Source: Phoronis australis (lineage: Eukaryota > Animalia > Phoronida). From it: DNA of 64,000 nt. Where the stretch lies: the NCBI GenBank assembly GCA_002633005.1, contig NMRA01000421.1, forward strand, positions 337,573-401,572, read 5' to 3'. Position numbers and translations under genes: made by a program. Of this stretch, positions 39,308-53,378 are shown piece after piece (the first letter of the stretch is position 1; each line of letters begins with the position of its first letter). A model generated the notes under the pieces. It made no database searches and was not told the origin of the DNA. It was given only the letters and a program-made list of their open reading frames with translations.

Positions 39308-40804
39308 ACAATTAATCGCTTTAAAAATGTTTTACAGAAAAATGTTTCACCCATAGCTAAAAGCTAGCGCCCGTGGCTTCACTGAAGTTTGGCACTATAT
39401 GTTTCCGTGTTATAGGATTGTACCCATGAATTGTCACAAGACAAAACTAAACTGTGTACGTGAACTGCTTTCCACCCGTCATTGATCCGTAACACTTGAA
39501 ATTTCATTTTTCTTCAGGGTGCGTGCAGAGTGAAGTTCATGCGCCCACCCCATTTGGCGGAGTGGGCCAAAAGGTCCACCCAGAGAAATAAAAAGTTCGA
39601 GAAAACGAGACAAAAGTGCACTACTGAAAAAACGCAGACGCACAGTTCACAGTTGTGAATGTGGTACCCCGTTTTTTAGCCCTCTCGATTTCTTTTCCGT
39701 AAAAGGTCCACATCGATAGAAATTCGAGCCCCCCCCCCATTTTGAAGGCTGGGTGCGCGCATGAAGTTGGAACAGCCGTGTGTACATATATAACCTAACT
39801 TAGCTTATACCCATTAACCCGAACACACTTGAAATGTTTCGCCGAAACTACAGACAATCACACAAAAATTGAAGAAACTGGAGTGTAGTGAACAAAAGGT
39901 GTCCTTTTCCGCTCCTGCTAAGGAATCTTACTCGTGCCTACACACGCTCGACAGGAATTTATTAAAGTTACCGTTTAGCACAATATTTTGCCGTTGCCAA
40001 ACAAACTGTGATAGAAGGGCCACATACCATGAGAGTAGCGTTTACAGACCTTGCTACATNACAATTAATCTCTTTAAAAATGTTTTACAGAAAAATGTTT
40101 CACCCATAGCTAAAAGCTAGCGCCCGTGGCTTCAGAAGTTTGGCACTATATGTTTCCGTGTTATAGGATTGTACCCATGAATTGTCACAAGACAAAACTA
40201 AACTGTGTACGTGAACTGCTTTCCACCCGTCATTGATCCATAACAAAATTTCATTTTTCTTCAGGGTGCGTGCAGAGTAAAGTTCATGCGCCCACCCCAT
40301 TTGGCGGAGTGGGCCAAAAGGTTCACCCAGAGAAACAAAAAGTTCAAGAAAACGAGACAAAAGTGCACTACTGAAAAAACGCAGACGCACAGTTCACAGT
40401 TGTGAATGTGGTACCCCGTTTTTTAGCCCTCTCGATTTCTTTTCCGCAAAAGGTCCACATCGATAGAAATTCGAGCCCCCCCATTTTGAAGGCTGGGTGC
40501 GCGCATGAAGTTGGAACAGCCGTGTGTACATATATAACCTAACTTAGCTTATACCCATTAACCCGAACACACTTGAAATGTTTCGCCAAAACTACAGACA
40601 ATCACACAAAAATTGAAGAAACTGGAGTGTAGTGAACAAAAGGTGTACCTTTTCCGCTCCTGCTAAGGAATCTTACTTGTGCCTACACACGCTCGACAGG
40701 AATTTATTAAAGTTACCGTTTAGCACAATATTTTGCCGTTGCCAAACAAACTGTGATAGAAGGGCCACATACCATGAGAGTAGCGTTTACAGACCTTGCT
40801 ACAT
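39308..40804. repeat. ~750-bp tandem duplication joined by a single N (probable uncollapsed haplotypes)
   Basis: 39308-40059 and 40061-40804 are near-identical; N at 40060. Confidence 0.85.
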
Positions 40805-41565
40805 CAAGATTATCCTAGGCGAGATGTCTTACCCCAGCCACTGTCAAGCAGCAAGTCATAAAGACATGCACAAGTTAATTGAGCATCTGAATCTTTGTTA
40901 GAAAGTACTGGACCTTTACATATTTCCGCCAGTTAAGGTTTATAACACTGGAAACACACATGGCATGGTGTCGCATTGTGTACAAGTGATACTGGTTTGT
41001 GGGGTGTAATTTGTGAACGCTGAAGTCATGCCAACCTTTCAGATAGACGGATACGTCACTCTACAACGGATTGCGAGACGATGGGAGATAAAAGTCAAAA
41101 TGACTTCACGTGTGGCGTCACCGTGCGCAAGTTGTGCCTATCTTATCAACCGCGCCCATTATCTTTGCCAACTGATACTCAATAATATAAAAAATAAATT
41201 ACTCGTTAAGAAGCATTATTTTGATTATAGAACACAAAAATTCAACGAGACTAAGATTGTTTTCTTTTTCCAATCGTTTTCTGTCTTTGCAATATACGAA
41301 GTCATGCATGAGACCATTGTTTTTTACGCCTGGCTTAAATTGTGGGGATGCAAATCATCCAACCACTGAAAATAGAGGATATGCAGGTCCATCCAACAGG
41401 TGGCGTAGATGACGGTAGTCTTGCACCAGTACACTCTTTCACACTGCTACGAAAGGTAACACTGTCAAATGTTTAACATGGCTTTCTCAAGTAATGAAAC
41501 TGACGTCATAACATTCAGTCATTCCCATTGGTTGAAATCTGGGAAACCCTTTTCAGTTTACTGAC

Positions 41566-41716
41566 TTGAACACTTGCAATTTATTAAAACGGATAGTGAT
41601 CGAAGTAAACAAAATCAAGAGAACCCCGATCCAGTGGCTTAGTAAACCTGAACAAGTACCACAGTGCATATATGCGTGTGCAAGTGGTAGCGATGTGATC
41701 GGTATACTTCCGACCA
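41566..41716 (+). pseudogene. RecQ-like helicase N-terminal fragment (Academ-type transposon remnant?)
   Basis: KPEQ.PQCIYACASGSDVIGILPT resembles RecQ motif 0 / motif I lead-in (xKxEQ...GxDVxxxLPTGxGKS) but breaks off just before GxGKS. Confidence 0.5.
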
Positions 41717-43968
41717 AGGCATGCATTGATGCCCTCACACCATTCCGCGTGTCGTTCATCAGGTTTCCACAGGGCCACAGGCTTTTCAGCATAGGTGGCG
41801 CTGTGTCACTGAGAGGTCATCGTTAGCATCCAGTCTCCAACGTGTGATAGCATAAGAGCGTTAGCATACCTAACATCTGGTTTTTTATTGGTCAATCTGT
41901 GTATTTAAATCAGCTGAACATGAAAGGCTTGCTTTTACAACTTTAGCAGGTGTCATTTGAATCAAACCGGATATTTCCGATGAAGCACCCATCATTAGAA
42001 CGCACCCACGGTCGCTTTTTTAGAAATAACCTTTTTTCACTTTTTGGTACTTAAAATGTCTCTTTTATACATACGTTGGCAATTTTAGGTTGACAAATAA
42101 CCCTTAATTTGCTTTATGGCATCCAAAACCACAGACGACATTTGAAATCTTACTGTTACACACATTTCTAGCCCGATGGCTAGTGTTGATGTAATGCTAA
42201 TAGAGACCTTGGATGCGAGACTAGGATGACAGATATTCCACAAAGCGTAACGCGTTCTCCAGAGGAGTTTTTTTCATAACCACAGTCCTTTCCTGGGTTA
42301 TATTTTCTTTCTCATGCACCCGAATTCTTTGCAAGAAACACGCCTTTTTTCACAAAGCGCAGTCTGGGTTCTTTTCTGTCCAACACGTTCTCGTGTTCAG
42401 TGTATGTATCTTCCTTTTGAATTATTGTCATTAACGTGTTACTCGAAAGAAAATGTGAGTCGCGTAAGTAAACAACTGATGAGAAAGAAACTATAGTTCA
42501 TGAGAAAACGACGTGTTTATTAAAGTAGAACACTGGTAATGAGAACACTGGTGCGATTTTTGAAGGATGAGGGATGGCTAGGCACTGCTCAGCCGTGAAA
42601 CGAAATTAGTACTTACGTGCGTAGCTGAACTCGCCGTGCAGATGACTGGCGTGGCAACCCGAAAGAGACTTAACTTGCTCATCAATTTGAATTTCCTGAT
42701 TTCAAAGGCCAAGTACAATCATTTCAACAGAGCTATACTTTTAGGAGACGGGATTAGCAAGTTGAACGGTTTCTACGTATACGAAACACTCAAGGGCAGA
42801 ATTTATCTTCGATTTCTAATTCCAGATGTTTAGTCGGTCATCAATACTGGGCCGTATCACTATTGCTGTCAAATTCAAATCTTCATGTAAACTTTTTGTC
42901 AACAATGGTTGTGATAGCGTTAATGAGAACGCACCTTCTGACTGAAAGTCTTGACTACTTAGGCCAAGTTGTCATCTTCAAAATCCGTCCAGATGTGAGG
43001 GTTAATGTTGACTCACGCATCTACTGCTAAGACTTTATTTCAACAAAGAAAGTTCGTCAGAGGTAGTAAGCCTACTTGCAAAGCGGCGACTTTTGGTGTT
43101 TAACCAACATTTTGAAACGGTACTAGCTGGGGTATCTGCTCCGATAACATGACAATACTATCATTGACTGCAGCTTCTCAGTTTTCTTACCACACTAGTA
43201 TTTGTGCCTATGTACCAACACAAATATCTGAAATAAGGGGTTTTCATCAAGAAGCTATCACTGCTTTAAATAAGGTGTGTGAAAAATTTCAATTTCGGTG
43301 CATGTAGGTCTATGTGTATCTTTTGTCACTTTGATACAAAACTGAATACTTGTAAACATGTATCCTTTTGTAATTTTGATACAATACTGAATACTTGTAA
43401 ATATAATATATCCTTTTGCAATGAATAAAACAACCTTTCCCATCAGTCTATGTTTTTCAAAAATTTGCTCTTTGATCAGGTGTTCAGCATGACACACAAT
43501 AGACGCAGCTTCACAGAGGCTAATAGTTACTTCCTACTACGACTTGTGAAAAGTAAATCATTCTCGGAGGCGTTTTAAAGGGCAATCTTTCCTTCATTAA
43601 ACAATGTTTCATTTGCGTTCATTGACCTATTGAGACACCTCACAACTATAATGATCGGAAACTACGGGGTAGATTTTAAGCATCGGGAAGGACAAATTCA
43701 ACAGTGTTGCAGACAAGAGGTTTCGCCGCCTCCCGATTTTGGAACATAAAGGGACATTTTTCGAGTTCGTTGCCTAAAACGCCGCCTTTCATGTCAACAG
43801 GTGAAATCTTATGGTGCTTTCCTATTAGGAGAACTTAATAAAAAGCTTTTTTTACCTTTCCGACTAGACAGCGATATCGAAGTTATCGCTAAATGGCGAT
43901 TCAATCATGGGAGTAGACACCAGACGGTGCAGTTTATTCGTACCATACTCTCAAAAGAATATTGCCAG

Positions 43969-45040
43969 CTCGCTGGTTCCCCACGTGCCGTGCCAGTAGC
44001 TAGCTGGTCCCTGCGTGTAGAGATCACACGCAGTTACCACGCGCTTCATATCACTGGTTGATGTAACTTCGGCAGTCATTGGTTAGCTTTACAACAAATA
44101 GAGAAAATGGCGGACTATGATTCTAGCCTTGTCATGTAAAATGCGTAGCAGCAACTATTTCGCTTCTGCAGTAATGTTTAATAGCCGCGTGCTTGAAGCA
44201 CATACATGTACAATTAAGACACATTAACTGTATGGAAACAGGACAGCAACGTAAGCAAAGTCAGAGACAGTAGAACTCCGAAAAGGCGCAGCCACAATTT
44301 TCTGGGATTCACATTTCATGGACATGAATTTCAAGCACCGATTTGTCTGTAACAGACAACATTTACACTTCCTCCATCAGTCATGCCAGTTTTGTTTGCG
44401 TAAAGCGCTACTTGTTGATGAATTCTACCAGCCAATCAGAAACGCCGGTGTAAAAAAAGTCCTGAGGAAAACTAAATGAAACACAATGAGATTATTGGGT
44501 ATCACTTTATCCTCGATAATTTTTTTACACCGGCGTTTCTGATTGGCTAGTCGAATTCTCAACAGGCAGCGCTTTACGCAAACAAACTGGCATGACTGAT
44601 TTACTGAAGTGTAAATGGTCTGTTGTACCGACAAATCGGTGCTTAAAATTTATGCTCAGGAAATGCGAAGCCTAGAAATTGTGATTGCGACTTTTCGGAA
44701 TGCATCATTCTACTGTCGATGACTTTTAATTGTTTACGATAGTGTCAACCTGTATTCATACAGTATGAATAACACACCGGTTAAATCGGCCAGATATGTG
44801 TTTATTGTACATGTGTGTGCTTCAAGAACGCGGCTATTAAACACCACTGCAAAAACGAAATAGTTGCATGCTGCGACGCAACTTGCATGACAAGGCTAAA
44901 AATCGTTCACAGTCCGCCATTTTTTCACAGTGTTGTAAAGCTAACCAATGACTGCCGAGGTTACATCGACCAAACAAAGCGCGTGCCACTGCGTGATACC
45001 TGCGTGCTGACTAGGCTGAAGCACGCAGGGAACCAGCGAG
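43969..45040. mobile_element. 1.07-kb foldback element with ~500-bp imperfect inverted arms
   Basis: Termini CTCGCTGGTTCCC...GGGAACCAGCGAG; arms align throughout (e.g. tcggcagtcattggttagctttacaaca / tgttgtaaagctaaccaatgactgccga; agccaatcagaaacgccggtgtaaaaaaa / tttttttacaccggcgtttctgattggct) around a ~30-nt spacer near 44490. Confidence 0.9.
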
Positions 45041-48000
45041 GGCCCACCTGTCGCACTTGCTGCACTTGATTGACTACGCCGGTTCCGCTGCATCAATCAG
45101 CTGAGACATCGGATTGGTTAATAGGCCGAAAGCTGTTATCAACAACCAATCAGATGTCTCAAATGGTTTACAAGGAAAAACTGGTGAAGAACATCAGTGT
45201 TTACCTGCACTACGATAAATGTCGCGCTTCCCATCCCTGCGACTCGAGCGTTCTACAAAGAAGATACGAAAGACAAAAGTGCGCGGCTACCAACATTCCA
45301 AAAGCTGGACGTTAAGATTTATTTGTGCAATGGATTGTGGAGATGAAACTGGATAAAAAGAGTTTTTCAATCTTCATTATGAAATTGTCAGTACAATAAA
45401 TATACATACACAGAAAGTGCCGACAGGCATGTACAAAGAAATATAAAAATTATACACAAATACATGAGTAAAATGTTAGGATTACAATGACATGGTAATG
45501 AATATATATGAATCATTTTCATTCACAATAAATAATTTCACATGTACACAATTTATCTACTCACACAAAGAGTTTACTCACACGGACTCACACAGAGATT
45601 TAATATTAAAAAAGAATTTTGTAACTATTTCGAATAAAATCTCATTTTCATTTATGTCGAGCTCCAATTTACATTCAGTTAGAAAAAAAAGATCTGAATA
45701 TTTTTGTAAACATTGTCATATCGTTCGAGTGTCTGGACAAGTACCGCCCTCTGCTCCCAACATACCGCACAGGCAAGCAACGAAAATATGAGCATTTGTC
45801 GGACTGTCTCCACAGAAAAAGAGTGGATGAAATATTTAAAAAAAACACTGGGGTAATTGCCATGGCTTTGTAGAAAATTACGAGGCAGCACCAAACCCAG
45901 TAAAAGATTTTGATGTGGAGATGTCAGTCAACTACACGGCTGTCAAAGAGCACTTGGAAATTTGGCCTATATGAACTCGGTGAAGGTGAGTTGGAATACA
46001 TGCGATTATTCTTTGCTAGTGTTAAAACTCTCATATCAAAGATTTCGTCACAACTAGACATTTGTAGTTAATAACACTATCCACTTAGCTCAGTACTCAA
46101 AGACAGTACTCACTTTCTCTCCAAATGAAATACGGATTATAATGTCCAACTGTGTGTCTATTAATTTTGGTATACTTTGATATTGTTTTGTTGGTACCAA
46201 AACTATGCACACTATTTTGTTATATTGGGGTTTCTTACATTGCTGGTGCATTTTTGGGCTCATAAGTACCGGTAGTTATGTGCTGATTTATGTTGCTAGT
46301 GACCCCATGATGGCAGCCATACAGGTTTGCATAAGTGCCCCAGTCCAAGACTGTTAATTAAAGATATCCCTGTTTCCAAGATAAACTACCCTGACTGTCA
46401 GAACCCAAAAGAGGTCACACATGGATAAAATTTGTATGCTGTAGGATACGTTTTTCTACTTTGCCTGACAGTTAATCATAACCTAATACTACGCAAAACA
46501 GCAAATTTACCATATCTGTACAAAAAACTAAACTGTTACTAATATGTGTATTCCTCTATTTCAGACAACCACAGTAACTTTACAGTCAGAACTGAAGATG
46601 ATGGGCACCGGAAAACAGTTCTAAGATAAGCTTAGTGGGTTCAAAAGTCTCAAACAGGCGAAAGCAAAAAAGGTATTGAATCCTAAGACATCTGAGTAAC
46701 GTTCAGTAGGCATATACAAAACAAATCAAGATCGTACAAGTCTTTGTGACACTTTGCCATACATTTTAAGTGAAGTAGGTGATGTCGCTGAAGTACAATC
46801 ATGTTGTTAAAGCTAGATTCAAATGTAAAACAGCATCATGATTAGTTTGATATTCTTACTTGTTTCCCCATCACGAAATCTAGAGCTTATTCTACATGTA
46901 TTATAGACTGATCACGCATACAGTCAAAATGTACAGACCAAGCAAGTCACTGGATGGAAAAAACGAGGATGTGAAGAATCAATATGCATGCAAGAAGTTT
47001 TTGGTTTTCCAGGACCAATATCAGCATTCTATTAACCTTCACTTTCAGCAGAACCTATGTATGGCAATAAAATTTTTAAAAAATGGTAAGCCAAAACCAA
47101 TTGCGATAAATCTTCTCTCATCATTTACATAGTGGAGCATGACATGTCATACATAGCAACCAAGTATAATTAAAGTCCTATATAGTGTTAATTACGTAAT
47201 GTCGAGTCAAATCAAAACACATTTCTAACTACATTAGCCTCAATGACCAAACACCGAATTTCATTCAGCCACAGGGCAGTTTAAACATGTTTCGAAATTG
47301 TGAAAGTTCATCAGCATTCAGTATTGAGACATACTCTGAAAACACAAAACCAAAATGAACGTTTTTTAAGAATATGCATTGTGTGCGTTTAAGAGATTAC
47401 ATCAGCCAATACAAACTTGGTTTGCTCTAGTCTGAAGTTTCTGATTTTAACTTGATGTCATACCTGGCTATGTAATAGTACAACAGATTCACTAGCTACA
47501 TTTTCCATAGTCATCTTTTATCCAACTACCATCTCGACCACAATGCATATAATATCACAGAGAAAAGATGTCAGAGGCCCTTCGCAACGACTTGATGTTT
47601 CCTAACTAGGAGCAAATATGTGTTGAAAAATACATAAAATTTTGTTGATCTGCCAATACCAGAATAATATTCAGCTCATGACATGAACAAGGTAATAATA
47701 ATTTCAATATTGCAGGAGTGTCCCCTGCTGCTCATCACTTTCAAAATATTCTAATCAAAGAACCATGAGATTTTTAGGTTTGCAAAAATGATCACGCTTA
47801 ACCAATCTTGAAATATTGCCGGCATTCTAAGACGATGCTCAACATTGAGCTTGAAACCAAGTCGCATTTGGCTACTTGCTGAAAATCCCAGGTCGCCAAA
47901 GGAAACCTGACGTCGTCCAAAACTGATGTTTGTCATCAGAATAGTTGGCTAAAAAGGTTATGCCATACTCCGTTCTTGGTAACTTACGTCGCATATCCAG

Positions 48001-48189
48001 AATGTATTTGTTCATATACACTGTAGGTGCTAGTTTCAATCATATTCCATGATTATCGCCAACTTTCACCGGTTTACTTCCTTATGTAATTTTAACGCAA
48101 GTTTGACAAGTGCTAACTGCTGTGGTGGCAAATGCACTGATTTCATGAAATAAACGAAACAATTGTAAACAAAGGTATCAAATCTAAGA

Positions 48190-49172
48190 AAACTGTTTGT
48201 AATGAGATACAGCGTCAAGTTGCTGTTTGTTAAAAAAACATTTCTCATAGCGTCTTAAGGGACCTTCATTCCTAAATACAATTATTTTGGTTTTCTTTAA
48301 ATTCACAGCCATACCCCATGAATCACAATAATCATTGAGACAATTCAACATGTGTTGCAAGTTTGACGCTGTTAGAGAGAACAAAACCATGTCATCTGCA
48401 TATAATAGTGAATTAATATTTGTAGCATGTTCATCTAAAGAGATGCTATTTATATCACAACGTGAATTGAGTTTTTCTAAAAACTCATTGAGATACAAAA
48501 CAAACTGTAGAGGGCTTATCATACAGCCTTGTCGAGTACCAATAGTGCAATTAAATAAGTCTGTTAAACCATCACGTGTTTTAACACATGATCTCAACTT
48601 GCTATACATTGATCGCAGAATTGATAAGATATTACCATGAACATTAATTTGCATAAGTCTATGAAAAAGTGAAATATGTGGTATCCAATCAAAAGCTTTT
48701 GAAAAGTCAATAAATACACAATAGAACTTGACACCCTTTTTTCTTATGTGTTTCTGACATATCGCATATGAAAAAAATATGATCCACAGTCGCGTAACCT
48801 TTGCGGAACCCTGCTTGGTCTTCAATAAGTTGACCATTACGTTTAGCCCAGTTGTACAATCGGTTATTCAGTATTCTGGTAAAGAGCTTCCCAATAGCCG
48901 AAAAAAGCGAAATACCTCTATAATTATTCTCATCGTCAAAGTTTCCTTGTTTAAACAACGGAACTAACATCGCCAAGCCTGGGGAGAGGACCTGACTGGA
49001 AAATTACATTGAACAACTTATGCAGAATCGGCGAAATGAATGTTTTGGTACATTTTAACATTTCGAAAGTAACTCCATCAATACCAGCGGCCTTGCCATA
49101 TGGGAGCTGATCAATATCCTGGATAATTTCATAACACGAAATGTCTGCATTTAAATCATGTTGTATAATGTG
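48190..49172 (-). mobile_element. Degraded LINE ORF2 reverse-transcriptase portion
   Basis: GKAAGIDG..EMLK, PLFKQG..DDENNYRGISL, QAGFRKGY, FIDFSKAFD, GTRQGCMISP, LLYADD; frameshifted. Confidence 0.9.
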
Positions 49173-49177
49173 GGTAC

Positions 49178-49363
49178 ACGACGTAGCACTTAGGCGGGCC
49201 TAGCCAAGCTGCCGAAGGCAGCGCAGGCACGGCAGGACGTACATGTAGCACTTAGGCGAGCCCAGCCAAGCTGCCGAAGGCAGCGCGGGCACGGCACGAC
49301 GGAGCACTTAGGCGGGCCCAGCCAAGCTGCCGAAGACGGCGCAGGCACGGCACGACGTAGCAC
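49178..49363. repeat. GC-rich ~58-bp tandem repeat, 3 copies
   Basis: Unit acgacgtagcacttaggcgggcc(c/t)agccaagctgccgaaggcagcgcaggcacggc. Confidence 0.9.
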
Positions 49364-49367
49364 TATT

Positions 49368-49586
49368 TTGAAAACTTGAAAACGCAAATTTTCATCACAG
49401 TAGAAACCTTAGAGTTGTTAGAAAACTCAAGTTTTCCACACATGAAAAACTCCAGTTTTCTGAAAAACTTCAGAAGTCAAGAAAACTTAAATTTCTATAA
49501 TTGGAAAAGCTAACGTTTGCGAAAACCTTAAGAAGTCAGGAAAACTTAAGTTTTTGTCGAAAAACTTAAGTTCATTTTTGTAAGGG
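49368..49586. mobile_element. Transposon end with subterminal gaaaacttaag repeats (possibly CMC/EnSpm-like)
   Basis: Many gaaaact(t/c)a motifs ending in tttttgtaaggg; no partner terminus found in the window. Confidence 0.4.
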
Positions 49587-50309
49587 AATTGCCACCATTA
49601 TTTTGTTCAAAATAATATGAATATAAGAAGCATATTTGCAACTTCGTTTAGTATTTTTGAAGTCCTACCTTAATTTGTTCAAAGCAATGTTGCAATGTCC
49701 TATTGCACGCTGGTTGATCTTCAGGGTGAAACAATGACCACAACGTAAGCAGAAATTATGACCGCACTTAGTGAGTATGAGTTCGAGATCACGCTGGGTT
49801 TGTTTAACGTCAAAGCTGACTGGATTGGAAAATAAAGCATGGGAATATGAAATCAGTCAGTTTCAGATTTTAAAGTATCAATTTTGGCACCAAGCAGTTT
49901 GTTCCCTTCCTACTTTGCGGTATTTTTCTTTTCCCCCCGTTCTCCAACAAAGTACGCGTACGAGGAACGGCGCGCAGCCTAAGTTATGTATGTGCACTTC
50001 ATAAAAATAACGTTACGGTTAGATGCTTTTTAGAAATTATGGTAACAGTTTGAGATTCTGAGTTTGAGAACATGAGCAGCATCATGGTAAGCAAAACGTA
50101 GACTTTGTGTTTGATGTAATAACAAGTTTGTCTAGCATAAACTTGTTTTGTTTTACATTGTATGTAAAATAATCTGTTAAGTACTTGCCTCATATTGGAA
50201 GTGGGAACTCTATGCTATAATAGGTCCTAGCATTCGCCGTCAACTGTGCGTCAGTGGATAGTCTACTGTGAACTATTTAAACTCCCACGTCCGCCCTAGG
50301 TGGGGGGCA

Positions 50310-50461
50310 CAGTTGCGGATTTAGAGGTGGCCAAGGGGCCATGGCCCCCTTAAAATTCTCCCAGATTCCATTTGGCAGTTCGGATTGCGAATTTCTGACG
50401 GTTAAACTCTGGCTAATACTCTGCCTTGCCCTCTCAACTCGAAATCCTGGATCCGCCCCTG
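50310..50461. mobile_element. Short MITE with CAGGGGCGGATCCAG-type termini
   Basis: Left cagttgcggatttag, right cctggatccgcccctg; flanks gggca/ggaca. Confidence 0.6.
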
Positions 50462-50952
50462 GGACAATCCCAGGGATGAAGCAACCGTGAACCAACACGG
50501 AGAGCAAGAATGGGCCTAGGACCATTGCGCTGACCCGTGGTAGCGAGGAGCTGCCTCAATTACCTATTGCTGAGATCTAACGATGTGAAAATTCGAAATT
50601 CCCGATTAACTAAAGCCAGTTACTGGTCAGCTCAGCTGTGATTCACTTGAGACAGGCAGCTCGTACCGGCCGTCTGCGCTCGCTCTAAGGTCAAGATTCG
50701 TTTTGTTGTGATCCAGTTTCGGGAAAACTTTATTTTATCATGGTCATTCTTTGAAAGATTTTTTTTTGAAAAGGTGAGGCACCGAAGTCCCTGGTGTAGG
50801 GTCTTTGGGGCTGTTTCAAAATGCCTAGTTGAAACACGACCGATTGTCCAGTTTCTGGTGACTGGGGAAAAGGGTAGTGTGTCCCAAAGATGTATACACT
50901 TCCAGAACGCCTGAGATTCTGCGCGCCAGTACGTCAGTCATGACGTGCACGT

Positions 50953-51523
50953 GAATCAGGACAAGCAATCAATTCAGTTTTGAAGAACAAAAATTCAATG
51001 CTCAATACTACTGGAAACTAAAAACACCAAGGAAGTGCAAAGAAAACCGTTCCAAGTAATAAGTTTAATTTTATTTACTTAAGGATTTTTAAAACTTATT
51101 TCTCTCTATGGTTTGTGAGTCCGAATTTCATCAATGTCTTTGAGAGTTATTTTAGATATGCAAAAATCGTCTATAAGTGTACTTTACAATTTGGGGATCG
51201 GATAATAGACTTTTACAACTTCAGGCTGCAATCAAATTCACTGAAACATCATCGATTCCTACAAGATTAGCTTCGAATTGTCAAAAATCATCTATGAATC
51301 TATCGATACATAAACAAGTAAGCCAGAAACCAACGAATTTGTTTATCAATACGGAATGTTATAACCAGTTTCCGTATGCATGCTTGCAGACTCTTGACGG
51401 GTAACCGGGGGAATATTGGGACTGGATGGGCATTCCTATTAAGGTTTATTTTTGCTCATTTCAGAGATATCTATAACGGTTCACGAGGTAAATTTGATCT
51501 CCGCTGACAAAAAAAAACGCTGA
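50953..51523 (-). repeat. Inverted second copy of the 6555-7628 repeat (single internal unit)
   Basis: Shared blocks listed for 6555-7628. Confidence 0.75.
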
Positions 51524-53378
51524 AATTTTTTTTATGATTGCGATAGCTCTTTGAGTACCCCCTTTCGACGTGTATACAGTCATCACAAATAGTAGATTAG
51601 ACAGCAGTGTTTTAAACATGTGAGAATGTCTTATAAACAACTCATAGTAACCATCTTCAAAAGAAATACTATTCTTGTGATACTACGGTAATTAACATTT
51701 TTAACTAACCATTGGAAATAGTCCTTTTGTCTAATTCACGTTCTTCAAAATTCCACCCTTTCGATGGCGGCAATCCTACTGTATTTTTTCACATTTTTGT
51801 TTGTTTGGGTTTGAATGGCTGTGCTGTGCACGAATGTTTTGTGTTTTTTGATGAAATTGGAATCTCATCTTCCATCGTGAATACTTGGCAGTGTCGGATT
51901 TACATGTTTAGAGGGACAAAGGAACATTTCCCCGAACTACTCCACCGAGAGAGGGTACCGTCTGAAATGGGACACCTTAAGATGAAAAGCTAAACATCAC
52001 TAAGCTTAGAAAAAGGAGTGACAGTTCATTCCACCGTCTTGTGGTCCCAAAACGATGCAGGCAGTGACCTCCTTCAACATGAAAGCCGGTTGGACGATTT
52101 CACAAAAACAAGAAAATGGAAGTAATCGATTCCAACGTTGGGCCCTCTCTCCGTGAGCGGCCCCTTAAGAATTTTTCAAGAAAAAACACAAAAAGGTGGC
52201 CACTTGAATGTCATCAATGGCCTCTTTCAAGGGCGGGGCCCCTAAATATCTATATTTTCAAATATCAGGAAATGCACAGCAATTGATGTTATGTGTCAGG
52301 ACGTCAATTTTTCTCAAGTAATATACAGTTTCGAGAACAAAATAAAGCGAAAGTTGTCTCCGTTATCCTTTGCCAGAGAGGGGCATCAGGTAAAATATAG
52401 TTTTGCATTCGTAAAATTTACTTATTGAATTTAAAAATCCAGTAAATTAATACGCTCCGTAAAAGCTTCGCCTTACAAATTTTCTCGGTTTTTCGAAATA
52501 TATGTAAGATTGATTTCGAGCACGTTTCCAAGTGCGTTTAGACGACCTGTGCTGCAAAAGAGGAGACCATAACGACAATGTCCTGGTCAGGGTCCTCAAA
52601 AGGTAAACCATGCACTGATGCAGAGTTGTTAAATGTTCTCTTGAATTTTCTCTCCTATCCGTATTTCGCAGTCTTTCTTTTCTCGACTGTCCCCGGCCCC
52701 ACGCCTAGTGTATGTCGGTTGCNTTCCTGGTGTGTTAGACTCCATTTGCTGGAAGACAATACGGTGTGAAACATGTGTCTCGCACTGAGAAGATGCTGTA
52801 TTCCAGGTGCCAATGCCACTGCACTCTCTGCTACAATCTGTCTCTGAAGACACCACTCGACTGCACACTCTTGGCCTACTATGATGGGAAAAGTACCAAG
52901 ATAATTTGATTGAGACTTTGTTCACTACAACTACACACGTAAAAGGTACAATCATGAATACATCTGTACATGTGAGTTTGAGGTATGGTTATAAAGACAC
53001 ATTGCGTTTGTGGTATAACCACCATCACATTTGTGTGTGGCGAAATAATAATAAAAATGGAAGTTCAACAAAAATGAAATGCAGTATAACAAAAAATTGA
53101 TTACAATAACAGATGATACTAAAACGCATTGATAACATCACATTTACGTAATCAGGTTTTGGTTTCCTTATTAATCATGTACCACCTGGACAACTTCCGT
53201 ATCTAATGTAGGCCTAAACACAGCGATTCCGTACACTTGTGCGAACCAGGGATTCAGTCCAGCTAGTTTTCGCAAACACTCGTAAATGGCAGAACCATAG
53301 ACATCTTTTTATTAAAATACTAGATGTCAGTCTATGGGCAAAACAATTTTCAGTTAGCCTCGAGCCCACTCCTCAATA

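Noticed and set aside
51700-52955. Possible Merlin- or Crypton-like coding remnants on the minus strand
   Set aside because: Only faint short motifs (ECAVEWCLQ; SKNTKHS) with no continuous frame; cannot be supported without a search.
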